This document shows positions 35,288-47,585 of a DNA stretch of 64,000 nt, in pieces. Each line of letters begins with the position of its first letter. The stretch's first letter is position 1. Source of the DNA: Mobula hypostoma. Taxonomy: Eukaryota. The notes under the pieces are model-generated. The model was not told the origin of the DNA. It worked only from the letters and a program-made list of their open reading frames with translations, and did no database searches. Both the position numbers and the translations under genes were made by a program. The stretch lies in contig NC_086108.1 of NCBI RefSeq assembly GCF_963921235.1, positions 104,472,001 to 104,536,000 of the forward strand, written 5' to 3'.

Positions 35288-37520
35288 GCACTTCCTTCTT
35301 CAAAGAAAGGGGCTTCCCTTTCTCTATCATCAACGCAAGATGTCTTCCTCCTTTAAAGAAAGGGACTTCCCTTCCTCCACTATCAATGCTGCCCTCAACC
35401 ACATCTCTTCCATTTCACACACACCTGCTCTCACCCCATCCTCCCATCACTTCACCAAAGATAGGATTCTCTTGACCTCACCTCCCAACCCACCAGCCTC
35501 CACATCCAGCACATAATTCTCTAGGACTTCCACCATCACCAACGAGATCCCATCAGCAGACACATCTTTCCTTCCCACGAACCTTCTGCCTTCTGCAGGG
35601 ATTGCTTCCTTCGTGACTCCCTTGTCCCTTCATCATCCCTACTGATCTCCTGGAAATTATCCTTGCAAGCAGAACATCTGTTACACCTGCCCCTACAACT
35701 CCTCCCTCACCACCACTCAGGGTTCCAAACAGTCCTTCCAAGTGAGGCAACACATAGTCATAGTCATACTTTATTGATCCCAGGGGAAATTGGTTTTCGT
35801 TACAGCTGCACCATAAATAATAAATAGTAATAAACCATAAATAGTTAAATAGTAATATGTAAATTATGCCAGTAAGTTATGAAATAAGTCCAGGACCAGC
35901 CTATTGGCTCAGGGTGTCTGACTCTCCAAGGGAGCAGTTGTAAAGTTTGATGGCCACAGGCAGGAATGACTTCCTATGATGCTCAGTGTTGCATCTCAGT
36001 GGAATGAGTCTCTGGCTGAATGTACTCCTGTGGCCACCCAGTACATTATGTAGTGGATGGGAGACATTGTCCAAGATGGCATGCAACTTGGACAGCATCC
36101 TCTTTTCAGACACCACTGTGAGAGAGTCCAGTTCCATCCCCACAACGTCACTGGCCTTACGAATGAGTTTGTTCATTCTGTTGGTGTCTGCCACCCTCAG
36201 CCTGCTGCCCCAGCACACAACAGCAAACATGATAGCACTGGCCACCACAGACTCGTAGAACATCCTCAGCATCGTCCGGCAGATGTTAAAGGACCTCAGT
36301 CTCCTCAGGAAATAGAGATGACTCTGACCCTTCTTGTAGACAGCCTCAGTGTTCTTTGACCAGTCCAGTTTATTGTCAATTCGTATCCTCAGGTATTTGT
36401 AATGCTCCACCATGCCCACACTGACCCTCTGGATGAAAACAGGAGTCACCGGTACCTTAGCTCTCCTCAGGTCTACCACCAGCTCCTTAAGTCTTTTTCA
36501 CATTAAGCTGCAGATAATTCTGCTCACATCCTGTGACAAAGTTTCCTACTGTAGCCCTGTACTCAGCCTCATCTCCCTTGCTGATGCATCCAACTATGGC
36601 AGAGTCATCAGAAAACTTCTGAAGATGACAAGACTCTGTGCAGTAGTTGAAGTCCGAGGTGTAAATGGTGAAGAGAAAGGGAAACAAGACAGTGCCCTGT
36701 GGAGCCCTACTGCTGCTGATCGTTCTGTCGGACACACAGTGTTGCAAGCACACATACTGTGGTCTGCCAGTCAGGTAATCAAGAATCCATGACACCAGGG
36801 GAGCATCCACCTGCATCCACACTTTACCTATGAGTCTGTTGGGGTCATCTACAGTGCCCGGTGCTCCTGGTGTGGCCTCCTGTATATTGGTGAGACCTGG
36901 CGTAGGTGGGGAGACATCTTTGCCAAGCACCTACGCTCCGTCTGCCAGAAAAAGCAGGATCTCCCAGCAGCCACCAATTTTAATTCCACTTTCCATTCCT
37001 ATTTCAACATGTCAGTCTATGGCCTCCTCTACTGTCGTGATGAGGCCCCATTCAGGTTTGGATAGCCTCCAACCTGATGACATGAATATCGATTTTCAAT
37101 CTTCTTGTAAAGCCTGCCCCACCACTCCTTCACCATTCTCCATGCTCATTTTCCTCTCTCACCCTATCTCCTTACCTGCCCATCACCTCCCTCTGGCGCT
37201 CCTCCCCCTTCTCTTTTTCTCATGGACGCCTGTCCTCTCCCATCAGACTCCCACTTCACCAGCCCTGTATCTCTTTCAATTTCCCAGCTCTTTATTTCAC
37301 ATTGCCCCCCCCAGTTTCATCATCACCTTGTGTTTCTTCTTCCGCTCCCCCACCTTCTAACACTGACTCCTCATCTTTTTTCCTCTAGTCCGGATGAAGA
37401 GTCTCAGCCTGAAACACCAATTGTACATTTCTCCATAGACGCTGCCTGACCTGCTGAGTTCCTCCAGCATTTTGTTTGCGTTGCTTGGATTTCCAGCATC
37501 TGCAGATTTTCTCTTGTTAC
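35288..37520 (+). mobile_element. Penelope-like element 3' part, split by a Rex1 insertion
   Basis: SSFKERDFPSSTINAAL, then ...FQVRQH | FT.ESVGVIY..LLYIGET GIY-YIG remnant. The terminus has a degenerate hammerhead at 37387-37420. Confidence 0.82.
35753..36818 (-). mobile_element. Rex1/Babar-like LINE 3' part
   Basis: ORFs 36487..36930 (APQGTVL, QKFSDDSAIVG) and 35901..36479 (LYFLRRLRSF). aataaa and (atgact)n tail on minus. Confidence 0.88.
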
Positions 37521-38001
37521 TGCTTGGACCATAACCTATCGACTCACTTTCAAGGACTCTGAAACCCATGTTCTCAATATCATTTATTTATTTATTAATT
37601 ATTATATTGCTATTTTTCTTTTATGAATTTGCACAATTTATTGTCTTTTGCACGTTATTTGTTTGTCCGTCTTTGTGTGCAGTTTTTCATCGTATTGTGT
37701 TTCTTTGCATTTACTGTGAATTAATCTCAGGGTTAGCATATAGTGACATGTATGTATTGTCCTTTGATAAAATATTTACTGTACTTTGAATTTTGAACTC
37801 TTTTGGGAGAAAGGAATTTTTTGATGTAGGTCCTGACGCAGCATCGTGACCTGAAACAACAACAATTCCACTACCCCTGCAGATGATCTTCGGCCTGTTG
37901 AGGTTCTTGAGCAGAGTGTCCTCTGCCACTTTAAGCAAGGTTGCAATCGATAATCAAATTCTATTCACAATGATTAGATCATTTTGCTCGGTAAATGCAG
38001 A

Positions 38002-38065
38002 TTTATTGAATTCAACTAACAAATGTTTCAATGTGTCTAAAACTAACTCATTTAAAAAATTTATT
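38002..38065 (-). terminator. Two candidate AATAAA polyadenylation signals in the vtg 3' UTR
   Basis: Plus-strand tttatt at 38060-38065 and 38002-38007, about 100 and 155 nt past the stop codon. Confidence 0.65.
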
Positions 38066-38161
38066 AGGTGCATTTTTGTTTCATTAAATTATTTTCCCCC
38101 TCTAACTTGTACCTAAGGCATGTGCTTTGAACCAATTAGAGAGAAGTTCCCAGTGCTCTAC

Positions 38162-38283
38162 TTATTTACATTCTGAACTGCATGAACATTCAACAGGGAC
38201 ATCAAAGGGGATTATCATATCCTCACTCTTCTGGGCAAAGGTGGCAGATTTCAGCTGTTCATCTGTAGGGCTTGTGTGCGAAT
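38162..38283 (-). CDS. vtg: Vitellogenin last coding exon
   Basis: Acceptor attttgcag|; G+AT = Asp keeps the frame. Encodes DSHTSPTDEQLKSATFAQKSEDMIIPFDVPVECSCSSECK then TAA at 38162-38164, matching the Vtg terminal KSED...CxC...C pattern. Confidence 0.92.
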
Positions 38284-38899
38284 CTGCAAAATATTGAGTC
38301 ATGTTTAATTCAGCGTGAAGGAAACTAGGTGGTTGCACATTGTAATAATGATAATTATAATAACAGTAATAATAATAAGCACTTTATTGGTTCCGAGTAG
38401 GAAATTATTTCATTACAGCAGCAACATTTAAAAACACACTTAGCAGTGTGCGGACTTAACTAATAATAAAATACAGAATAATAATATACATAATAATTTA
38501 CCAATGTGCAATAATAATGTCTGAAATAACAAAACAGAGACTATTGTACAGTATTCTCCTGTCGCACAGAGATAAACTGTTGTCTGTGCTTATTGCGTTT
38601 GGTGGGAAAGATTTTCTGTAACGATCCTTGTGACAGCGGAGCTGCATGAGTCTGATCGAAAGGGTTCTCCACTGCCTATTCAGTCAGTCATGGAGAGGAT
38701 GTGCCTGATTGTCCATGATGGATAACAGTTTGATTAGTGACCTCCTCTCCACCACTAACTCAAAAGAGTCTGCTTTGCAGCTAAGGACAAATCCAGCCTT
38801 TTTGATGACTTCATTTAGTCCGATTACTAGTACCAATGCTGCTTCCCCAACATAAAGCAGCAAAGAAGACTGAACTCACTGGTATATGTGTCTGAGATA

Positions 38900-40665
38900 A
38901 TGTAGAACCGAGGCTTTATAAGGCATTGGTCAGACCGCATCTGGAATATTATGAGCAGTTTTGGCCTCTTTATCTGAGAAATGACGTGCTGGCATTGGAG
39001 AGGGTCCAGGGAAAGTTCATGAGAGTGAACCCAGAATGAAAGGGTTAATGTATGAGGACCGTTTGATGGCTCTGGGCCTGTACTCATTGGAGTATTTCTG
39101 GGCCTGTACTCATTGGAGTTCAGAAGAATGAGTGGGGATCTCATTGTAACTTACTGAAAATTGGAAGGTCTAGATAAAGTGGACGTGGAGAGGATGTTTC
39201 CCGTAGCAAGGGTGTCTAGGACCAAAGGGCACATTCTTGGAATACAAAGATGTCCCAATAGAACAGAGATGAGGAGGAATTTCTTTGGCTAGAGGGTGGT
39301 GTATATGTGGAAATTATTACTATAGGCAGCTGTGAAAGGCAAGTTAATGGGAATATTTATGTGGATGTTGATATGCTCTTGATTAAGACCATAAGACATA
39401 AGATATAGGAGCAGAATTAGGCCATTTGGTCCATCGAGGATGCTCTGCCATGTCATCATGGCTGATCCGTTTTCTTCTGAGCCCCAGGCTCCTGCCTTCT
39501 ACCTGTATCCCTTCATACCTGGACTAATCAAGAGTCTATCAACTTCTACCTTCCTCCTCATCTCCGTTCTAAAAGGACACCTCTCAATTCTGTGGCTGTG
39601 TCCTCTCGTCTTAGACTCCCCCGCCATAGGAAATATCCTCTCAACTCTATCGAGGCTTTTCAACAGTCAGCAGGTATGAGGTCACTCCTCATTCTTCTGA
39701 ATTCTGATGAGTACAGGCCTAGAGCCAGAAAATGCTCATCATATGACTAGCTTTTCAATTCCGGAATAGTTTTTGTGAACCTCCTTTGAACCATCTCCAA
39801 TGTGACAACATCCTTTCCTAGATAAGAGAACTAAAACTGCTCACTGTACTCCAAATGAGGCTTCACTAGTGCTTTATAAAGCCTCAACAATATACCCTTG
39901 CTTTTATATTCTAGTCCTCTCAAAGTGAATGCTAACATTGCATTTGCCTTTGTCAACACTGTCTTAACCACAAATTAACTTTTAGGGAATCCTGCATGAG
40001 GACTCCCAAGTCCCTTGGCACCTCAGCTTTTTGAATGTTCTCTCCATTTAGAAAATAGTCTAAGCTTTTATTTCTTCTAGCAAAGTGCATGACAATACAC
40101 TGCCCGACACTCCATCTGCCATTTCTTTGCCTATTCTCCTATTCTGTCTCCATCCTTCTTTGACCTCTACTTCCTCAAAACTATCTGCTCATTCACCTAT
40201 CTTCATCATCAGGTGCCATGCCCAGTTTGAGCTTTGACTGCCATGGCCCACACACTCCTGTTTCGAGTCAAGTGGATCAATTCATTGGTATTCATTTCCA
40301 GTTCTCTGGCTGCTGTCTCCATCATCATTTGTCTTTGTCTTCCTCTTGCTTTCTTCCCTTCAATCTTTCCCATAATTACCGTGCATTCTAACTCCTCTTT
40401 CCTAATCACATGTCCAATGAAGTTATGTTGCCTTTTCATGATTTCATACGTCATTTCTCTTTTTGTGTTTGCTCTGCTCATGACATCCTCGTTAGATATC
40501 TATCTTCATATCGTCTGCAAACTTGGCCGCAAAGCCATCAGTTCCTTCATGCAGGGGTGTTAAAAGTTATGGGAGAAGATAATTGTGAGGGATAATAAAT
40601 CAGCCATGATGGAATGGTGAAGCAGACTTGACGGACCCAATAGATTTATTCTGTTCCTATGTCTC
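38900..40665. mobile_element. Tail-to-tail CR1 fragments in the last vtg intron (plus ~38900-39385, minus ~39386-40550)
   Basis: LVRPHLEY-type and agagggtccag regions on plus; tail and RT sequence on minus, similar to 19058-19970. Confidence 0.75.
40207..40499 (-). mobile_element. RTE-type LINE 3' end with a 10-bp TSD
   Basis: ORF 40209..40481 (FIGHVIRK...GKIEGKKARGRQR...RNRSVW) and a (tga)n tail. TSD ctatcttcat at 40197-40206 and 40500-40509. Confidence 0.8.
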
Positions 40666-42439
40666 ATGGAATTGTGATAATATGGTCAAAGTATACCGCT
40701 GTTATTAACCTTGGTATAGCAAGTCTGTCCATGACTAGCAATAGAGCTCGGCCCATGTTGAAAACCTGCCACCTCACTCTGGACTCTGCTACAGTTCTTG
40801 CAACCTTGGAAAAGCAGCCAATATAATCAAGACTCCACACACCCAAGACATTTTCCCTATCCAACCCCTCCATCAGAAGATAGAAAAGCTTGGTAGCATT
40901 CACTACTAGGCTAAAGGGCACCTTCTATCCTGTTTCAGACTTTCAAATCGACATCTTGCATGCTAAAGATGAATCTTAAGATAAAGATAAATTTTAAAGT
41001 TACAGTTTTGAGATAGCTATAGATGAGGATAAGTATTGACCTTGCTGGAAAGTATTAAATTGGAGCAGGGCAAATTATCAGAGCATTAGGGCAGGAACTA
41101 GGGAAAGTTAGTTGGCGACAAATATATTTGGGCAAATCCATATCCAATATGTGGAGGGTGTTTAAAAAAATAACTACACAGAGTACAAACCAAAGTAGAA
41201 CATACAGGGTAAATGGTAAGGCACTGAGGAGTGCAGTAGAACAGAGGGATCTGGGAATACAGATACAAAATTCCCTAAAAGTAGCAACACAGGTAGATAG
41301 GGTCAGAAAGAGAGCTTTTGGTACATTGGCCTTTATTAATCAAAGTATTGAGTATAAGAGCTGGAATGTTATGATGAGGTTGTATAAGGCATTGGTGAGG
41401 CCGAATCTGGAGTATTGTGTTCAGTTTTGGTCACCAAATTATGGGAAGGATATTAATAAGGTTGAAAGAGTGCAGAGAAGGTTTACAAGGATGTTGCCAG
41501 GACTTGAGAAACTCAGTTACAGAGAAAGGTTGAATAGGTTAGGACTTTATTCCCTGGAGCGTAGAAGAATGAGGGGAGATTTGATAGAGGTATATAAAAT
41601 TATGATGGGTATAGATAGAGTGAATGCAAGCAGACTTTTTCCACTGAGGCAAGGGGAGAAAAAAACCAGAGGACATGGGTTAAGGGTGAAGGGGGAAAAG
41701 TTTAAAGGGAACATTGGGGGGGCTTCTTCACACAGAGAGTGGTGGGAGTATGGAATGAGCTGCCAGATGAGGTGGTAAATGCGGGTTCTTTTTTAACATT
41801 TAAGAATAAATTGGACAGATACATGGATGGGAGGTGTATGGAGGGATATGGTCCGTGTGCAGGTCAGTAGGACTAGGCAGAAAATGGTTCGGCACAGCCA
41901 AGAAGGGCCAAAAGGCCTGTTTCTGTGCTGTAGTTTTTCTATGGTTTCTAGGACAGGTATGTTCTAGTCAGAAGGAAGGACAAGGATGGCAAGTTAAGAG
42001 AACCTTGCATATTGAGAGAAGTGATGAATTTAGTCAAGAAGAAAATGTAAGGGCTTGTAAAGCTTAGGAAGCTTGAATTGTGGGCCGAAGGGCCCGTATT
42101 GTGCTGTAGCTTTTCTATGTTCTATGTTCAAACAGAGTCACTGAGGATTATAAAGAAGCCAGAGAAAATCTCAAGAAGGGAATTAGGAAAGTCAGGAGGG
42201 GCCATGAAATAAGTCCTTGGCAAGTAGGATTGAAGAGAATTCCAAGGCATCATTAGTATTTAACAAGGAGATGGATGTGGAGGATAGGGAGATCAGTGCT
42301 AGGCATATTAATTGTTAGGACATTTTGAGGTAAAGGAGGGAATAGTGATGGGTCTCTTATAGAGCTTTAGGGTGAATAAGTCCACAAGCCTTGATAGGAT
42401 ATACCCCAGGTTATTGAAGGCAAAAAATGAGATTGCTGG

Positions 42440-42892
42440 AAACCCAAAGCTACACACACAAAATGCTGGAGGAATTCAGCAGGTCAGGCAGCATCTATGG
42501 AAAAGAGTAAACAGCCAACGATTTGGGCTGAGACCTTTTATCAGGACTGGAATGAAAGAGAAGTCAGAGTAAGAAGGTGGTAGGTGATAGGTGAAACCAA
42601 GAGAGGGGGTGGGGGGTGAAGTAAAGAGGTTGTTGAAGAGATAAAAGGCTGGAAAAGGGGAACCTGATAAGAGAGAAAGAAAGGGAAGGGAGAGCAGCTC
42701 CAGAGGGAGGTGATGGGCAGGTAAGGATATAGGTGAGTGGGAAACAGGAAAGGGGAATGGTGAAGTAGAGGAGGCTGGGCAATTACTGGAAGCTCGAGAA
42801 ATTGAAGTTCATGCCATTGGGTTGGAATATAAGGTGTTCCTCCTCCAACCTAAGTGTGGCCTCATCACAGCAGTAGAGAAGCCATGTACTGC
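42440..42892 (-). mobile_element. Penelope-like 3' fragment with a 12-bp TSD
   Basis: Similar to 12600-13020. TSD tgagattgctgg (42428-42439) and tgagattgttgg (42893-42904). Confidence 0.8.
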
Positions 42893-44199
42893 TGAGATTG
42901 TTGGTGCCTTGACCAATATCTTTATATCCTCTCTGCCTCAGGTGAGTTCCCGGAGGGCTGGTAAGTAGCTAATGATCCATTATTCAGGAAGAGAACTAGG
43001 GATAATCCTGGAAACTATTGACTGCCGAGTCTCACATCAGTGGTAGGGAAGTCACTGGAGAGAATCCTTAGGGATAGAACTTATGAGCATTTGGAGAACC
43101 CTGGCCTAGTTAGAGAGTGCTGGCATGGATTTGTGTGGGGCAAATCATTTCTTTGTAACAACTGAGATTCTTGATGAGATGATGAGGGTGACTGATGAAG
43201 GTAGAACTGTGAATATTGTCTACATGGATTTTAGTAAGTCATTTAACAATCATGAGAGGCTCAGCTAGAAGATTAAAATTCACAGGATCTATGGTGAAAT
43301 GGCCATTTGGATTCAGAACCAAATAGAAGGGTAGTGATCAAAGGACTTATTCTAGCTGGTGGTCTGTGATTATTAGCATTGTAGTGATCAAAGGACTTAT
43401 TCTAGCTGGTGGTCTGTGATTTCTAGTGATGTGCGGGGATCTGTAACTCTGTTGCTTGTGATGTACATAAATGACCTGGATGAAAAAGTAGATGCGTGAG
43501 TTAGCAAGTTTGCAGATGATATGAAGATTGGTGATGTTTTGGACACCATCGAAAACTGGCAAAGAATACTGTGGGATGTTGATCAGGTACAGGTTTGGGC
43601 AGAGGAATATCCAACCAGGCCAAATGTGAAGTGTTGCACTTTGGTAGGTCAAATGTAAAGAGACAGTACACTGTTAAGATCAAGACCCTTAACAGTGTTG
43701 ATGAGCAGAGGGAACTTGAGGGCCAACTTCACAGCTCCCTGAAAGAGATACACAGGTTGAGAGGGTGGTTAAGAAGGCATATGGCATGTCTGCTTTTATT
43801 AGTTGAAGCAATGAGTTCAAATGTCAGGAGGTTATGTTGCAACTTTATAAAACTCTGGCTAGGTCTCATCTGAAGTATTGCATACAGTTCTGGTCGCCAG
43901 GAAGAACATCAGGCTTTATAGAAGGTGCAGAAAAGATTTACCAGGATGCTGCTTGGATTAGAGGGCATGTGCTTTAATGAGACGTTGGACAAACCTGGGT
44001 TGTTTTCTCTGGAGTGGTGGAAGCTGAGGGCAGATCTGATAGAAGTTTATAGGATTTATGAGAGTTATAGAGAGAGTAGACAGACAGCACCTTTACCCAA
44101 GGGTTGAAATGTCTAATACCGGAGGGCATGCATTTAAGAGGAGAGAAGGTAATTTCAAAGGAGATGTGAGAGGCAGGGTTTTTTTTTACACAAAAATTA

Positions 44200-44492
44200 A
44201 TTGATTTAGAGATACAATTTGGATTAGGCCCTTCCGGGCCTAGAAACTGCACTGCCCAGCAACCTACCGATATTTAACCCTAGCCTCATCACAGGCCAAT
44301 TTATAATGACCAACTAACCTATTAACCAGAATGACTTTGGACTGAGGGAGGAAACTGGAGCACTTGAAGGAAACCTAAGTGGTCACAGGGAGAACGTACA
44401 AACTCTTTACAGAGGGCGCCAGAGTTGAACTCCGAACTTCAACGCCCTGAGCGGCAGTAGCGTCGTGGTAACCACTACGCTACCGTGGCACT
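44200..44492 (-). mobile_element. V-domain SINE (further copies at ~57510-57730 minus, ~58155-58330 plus, ~60745-60945 plus, ~62780-62995 minus)
   Basis: tRNA-like head (gccacggtagcgtagtggtta...ggagttcaa on minus) and the V core gaggaaactggagcac. Confidence 0.7.
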
Positions 44493-46756
44493 CTTGTGGA
44501 GAGTGGCGCCAGGCGCGTTGGTAGAAACAGATCCAACTGGGGACTTCTGAGAGACATTTAAATAGGCATATAAATGTGAGGAAAATGGAAGGATGTGTAA
44601 ACAGAAAGGATTAGATTTGATGGTCATTTGTTCACTAATTTAATTGGTTCAGCACAACACTGTGGGCTGAAGGGCCTGTCCCTGCACTGTGCTCGTCTAT
44701 GTTCCATATTCTGCACTCTGTCATTGCTTTTCCCTCATGTAGTCTCAAAGTACTTAGGTTTTGAAATGATCTGTGTAAACGGTGTGCAAAGCAAAGCTTT
44801 TTCCTCACTGTACGATAATAAACCGTTTCTTATTCCTAATTGCAACATCGGATATCATCAGCATTATTCTGCCCTCATTCAAGAGTTTTCCCCATTTTCT
44901 TAAGATAGGCAGATAGGTAAACTCCAGTCCCGGTGTAGTTGTAGTTTGAAGATAAGTTTGTTGTTCATGAATGCATTAGAGCACGCAAGGAGCTGAGAAA
45001 AAATACAGGCTTCTAGGCATTCTCACGAGAGATGGATTCAAATATTGATTAAAATTCCTTTGAATCGTAACAAAGTACTTTTAACTAACAGTGACTAAAT
45101 GAAATGTACAAATGATATCAAAAATGGCTGCCCTGATGTCAAAGTTCAATAGCTCAGCAACGCAGTAATAAGTAATGAACAACAGCTGTAAACTTACAAG
45201 TAGTCAGTGAGATCTAGTGGCCAGAAATAAAACAGCAAACTGAATCGGGTGGGGACATAATAAGCATGTTGCTAGGTCTTGATGAAGCTTATTAAGAATT
45301 CTTAGTTCATTTCCTCACTATCTTAAACCGGCTGGCTTTGTAGGTCTCTTCAGGGGGCAGTGAAGTGTCAAATAGATTGCAAAGGGTTCTTAAAATTCAT
45401 TTGCATGATATGGTTGGCAGAGTAGACTCACATTTATTGCTCATTGCTATTGCCCTTGAGAAGATGGTGGTAGAAAAAACATATTACACCAAAGCACACA
45501 GTGTAGGTCCTTTGGCCCACATGCTGTGCCGACCACTCCACCTACCTCCTCACTTCTCCCCATAACCTTTGATACCCTTACTAATCAGGAACCTATCACC
45601 TTCTGGTTTAAATGTACCCCAGTATATAACCACACTTGGCCTCTGTAGTCATTTTTGGAAATGAATTCCACAGATTCACCACCATCTGGCTAAAGAAATT
45701 TATCCTCATCTCTGTTTTAAAGGGACATCCTTCTATTGTGAGGTTTGCCTCCTGGTCCTAGACTCCCCCACAATGGGAAACATCTTCTCCACATCTGCTC
45801 TTTAAGCCTTTCAATATTTGATATTGCACAGTGCAGGCCCGTTGGCCTATAATTTTCAGTGGACTTTTTAACCTACTCTAAGGTTAATGCAACCCTTCCC
45901 TCCCACATAGGCCTCCACTTTCATCCTCTGAATTCCATTAATCTTGCTAAATAATGGAATTCGCGTTCATGATTGTTCACCTTGGGAATTTGTACTTGTA
46001 TCTCCAGGTATTAAATTTTGGCAACAGCCTTTCATCCATGTAACAATCCAAATATCTCTTAAATGTTGCAATTAAACCCAAATCTACACTCACACCATCA
46101 ATTCTCCTTAATATTTTACCTTTCAACCTAATCTATGACGTTTAGTTCTACTCTCACCCTACCTGAGGGGAAAAAGCTTCAAGAATTTGCTCTAGATATA
46201 CCCCTAATTATTTTGTGTACCACTATAAGATCTCCCATCATTCTCCTGTGCTCCAGGGGATAAAGTCCTCACCTACCTCAGATCCTTAGGTTACCACAAT
46301 GTCTTAAACAAGTAGTGCAAGAGGTGGTCTGTAGTGTTTCATTGCCAAGGTAGGGTTACGGTGGTGCAGGTTAGTTCTAGAACCTGATGCTTGTCGGAAA
46401 GCAGCTATTTCTGAACCTGGTGGTGTGGGGCTTCAGGATTCAGTCACTCTCACGCCACCTCTGGAAAAGCCTACTACAGAAAGTTTTTAGACACGGCCCA
46501 GTCCATTACAGGAAAAACTCTCCCCACCATTGAGCACATCTACAAGGCAGCATCAATCATCGGGGACCCCGACCATCTAGGCCATGCTCTCTTCTTGCTG
46601 CTGCCATCAGGTTTGATCCCAACACCACCAGGCTCAGGAACAGTTATTACCCTTCAATCATCAGGCTCCTGAACTGGCGTGGATAACTTCACCTGAACAC
46701 CTACCACAACCTAGGAACTCACTTTCAAGGACTCTACAATGCATGTTCTCAATACT

Positions 46757-46758
46757 AT

Positions 46759-46810
<52 letters not shown>

Positions 46811-46925
46811 TTATTTATTTATTTATTTATTTATTCATTCATTCGTTTATTTATTTATCTATCTATCTATCTATCTATCTATTTATTTATTTATTTATTT
46901 ATTTATTTCTTTCTTTCTTTCTTTC
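46757..46925 (+). repeat. Compound (TCTA)n/(TTTA)n/(TTTC)n microsatellite
   Basis: Directly visible; it accounts for the IYLS-repeat ORFs. Confidence 0.97.
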
Positions 46926-46989
46926 TTGTATTTGAACAGTTTGTCTTTTGCACTTTGTTGGTATGTGTTTTTTCATTGATTCTATTCTT

Positions 46990-47585
46990 GCTGTGTACAA
47001 GAAGGGCCAGCGTCACCTCTGCTTCCTGAGGAGACTGATGTCCTTTGGAGTATGCAAACCTCTCCTTCACATGTTCTACCAGTCTGTTGTTGCCAAAACA
47101 ATCTTCTGTGTGGTGGTGTTCCAGGGAAATGACATCAACATGGGTGATGCCAACAGACTCAATAAATTGGTTAGAAAGACTGGCTTTGTTATAGGAGCCA
47201 AACTGGACACACTGGAGGCTGTGGTGGAACAAAGGACCCTATGGAAAATCCCAGAAATCCTGGAAATTCTGGACAATGTTTCTTTCTCACCCTCTGCATG
47301 TCACCTTGGCTGAACATAGGAACACTTTTAGTAATAGACTAAGACAACTGTGCTGCTCCAAAGAGCGCTGTATGAGGTCATCCTTATCCTTGGCCAGTAG
47401 ACTCTATAATGAGTTAACCTATAGCTGGGGAAGTGATGACCCCCTCCTGTTAGACTGTTTGAGGTAACTAATTTTTTATTCTTTCTTACTTGTCTTTTAA
47501 TATTTATATATCTGTGCACTTGTAATGCTACTGTGACACTGTAATTTCCTTTGAGATCAATAAGTATCTATTTCTCTATCTATCT
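46990..47585 (+). mobile_element. Rex1-like LINE 3' fragment
   Basis: AVYKKGQRHLCFLRRLMSF...MFYQSVVA, homologous to ORF 35901..36479. Confidence 0.8.

Larger units (their letters stand above)
41040..44710 (+). mobile_element. Old CR1 ORF2 with nested younger CR1 (~41185-41950), PLE and SINE
   Basis: ORF 41128..41778 belongs to the young copy, which has a ttctatggtttcta tail. Decayed RT motifs run from 42300 to 44190, with the tail at ~44700. Confidence 0.8.

Noticed and set aside
37830..37862. Additional hammerhead-like motif near the vtg 3' end
   Set aside because: The core is degenerate (CTGACGC...GAAACAAC) with no cleavage triplet or stem I, and it is antisense to vtg.
40664..40921. Minus-strand ORF as an alternative last vtg exon
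   Set aside because: No Vtg similarity and it partly overlaps repeat sequence. The exon at 38162-38283 fits phase, motif and polyA signals.
46739..47029. ORFs with IYLS repeats
   Set aside because: Translation of a TCTA/TTTA microsatellite.
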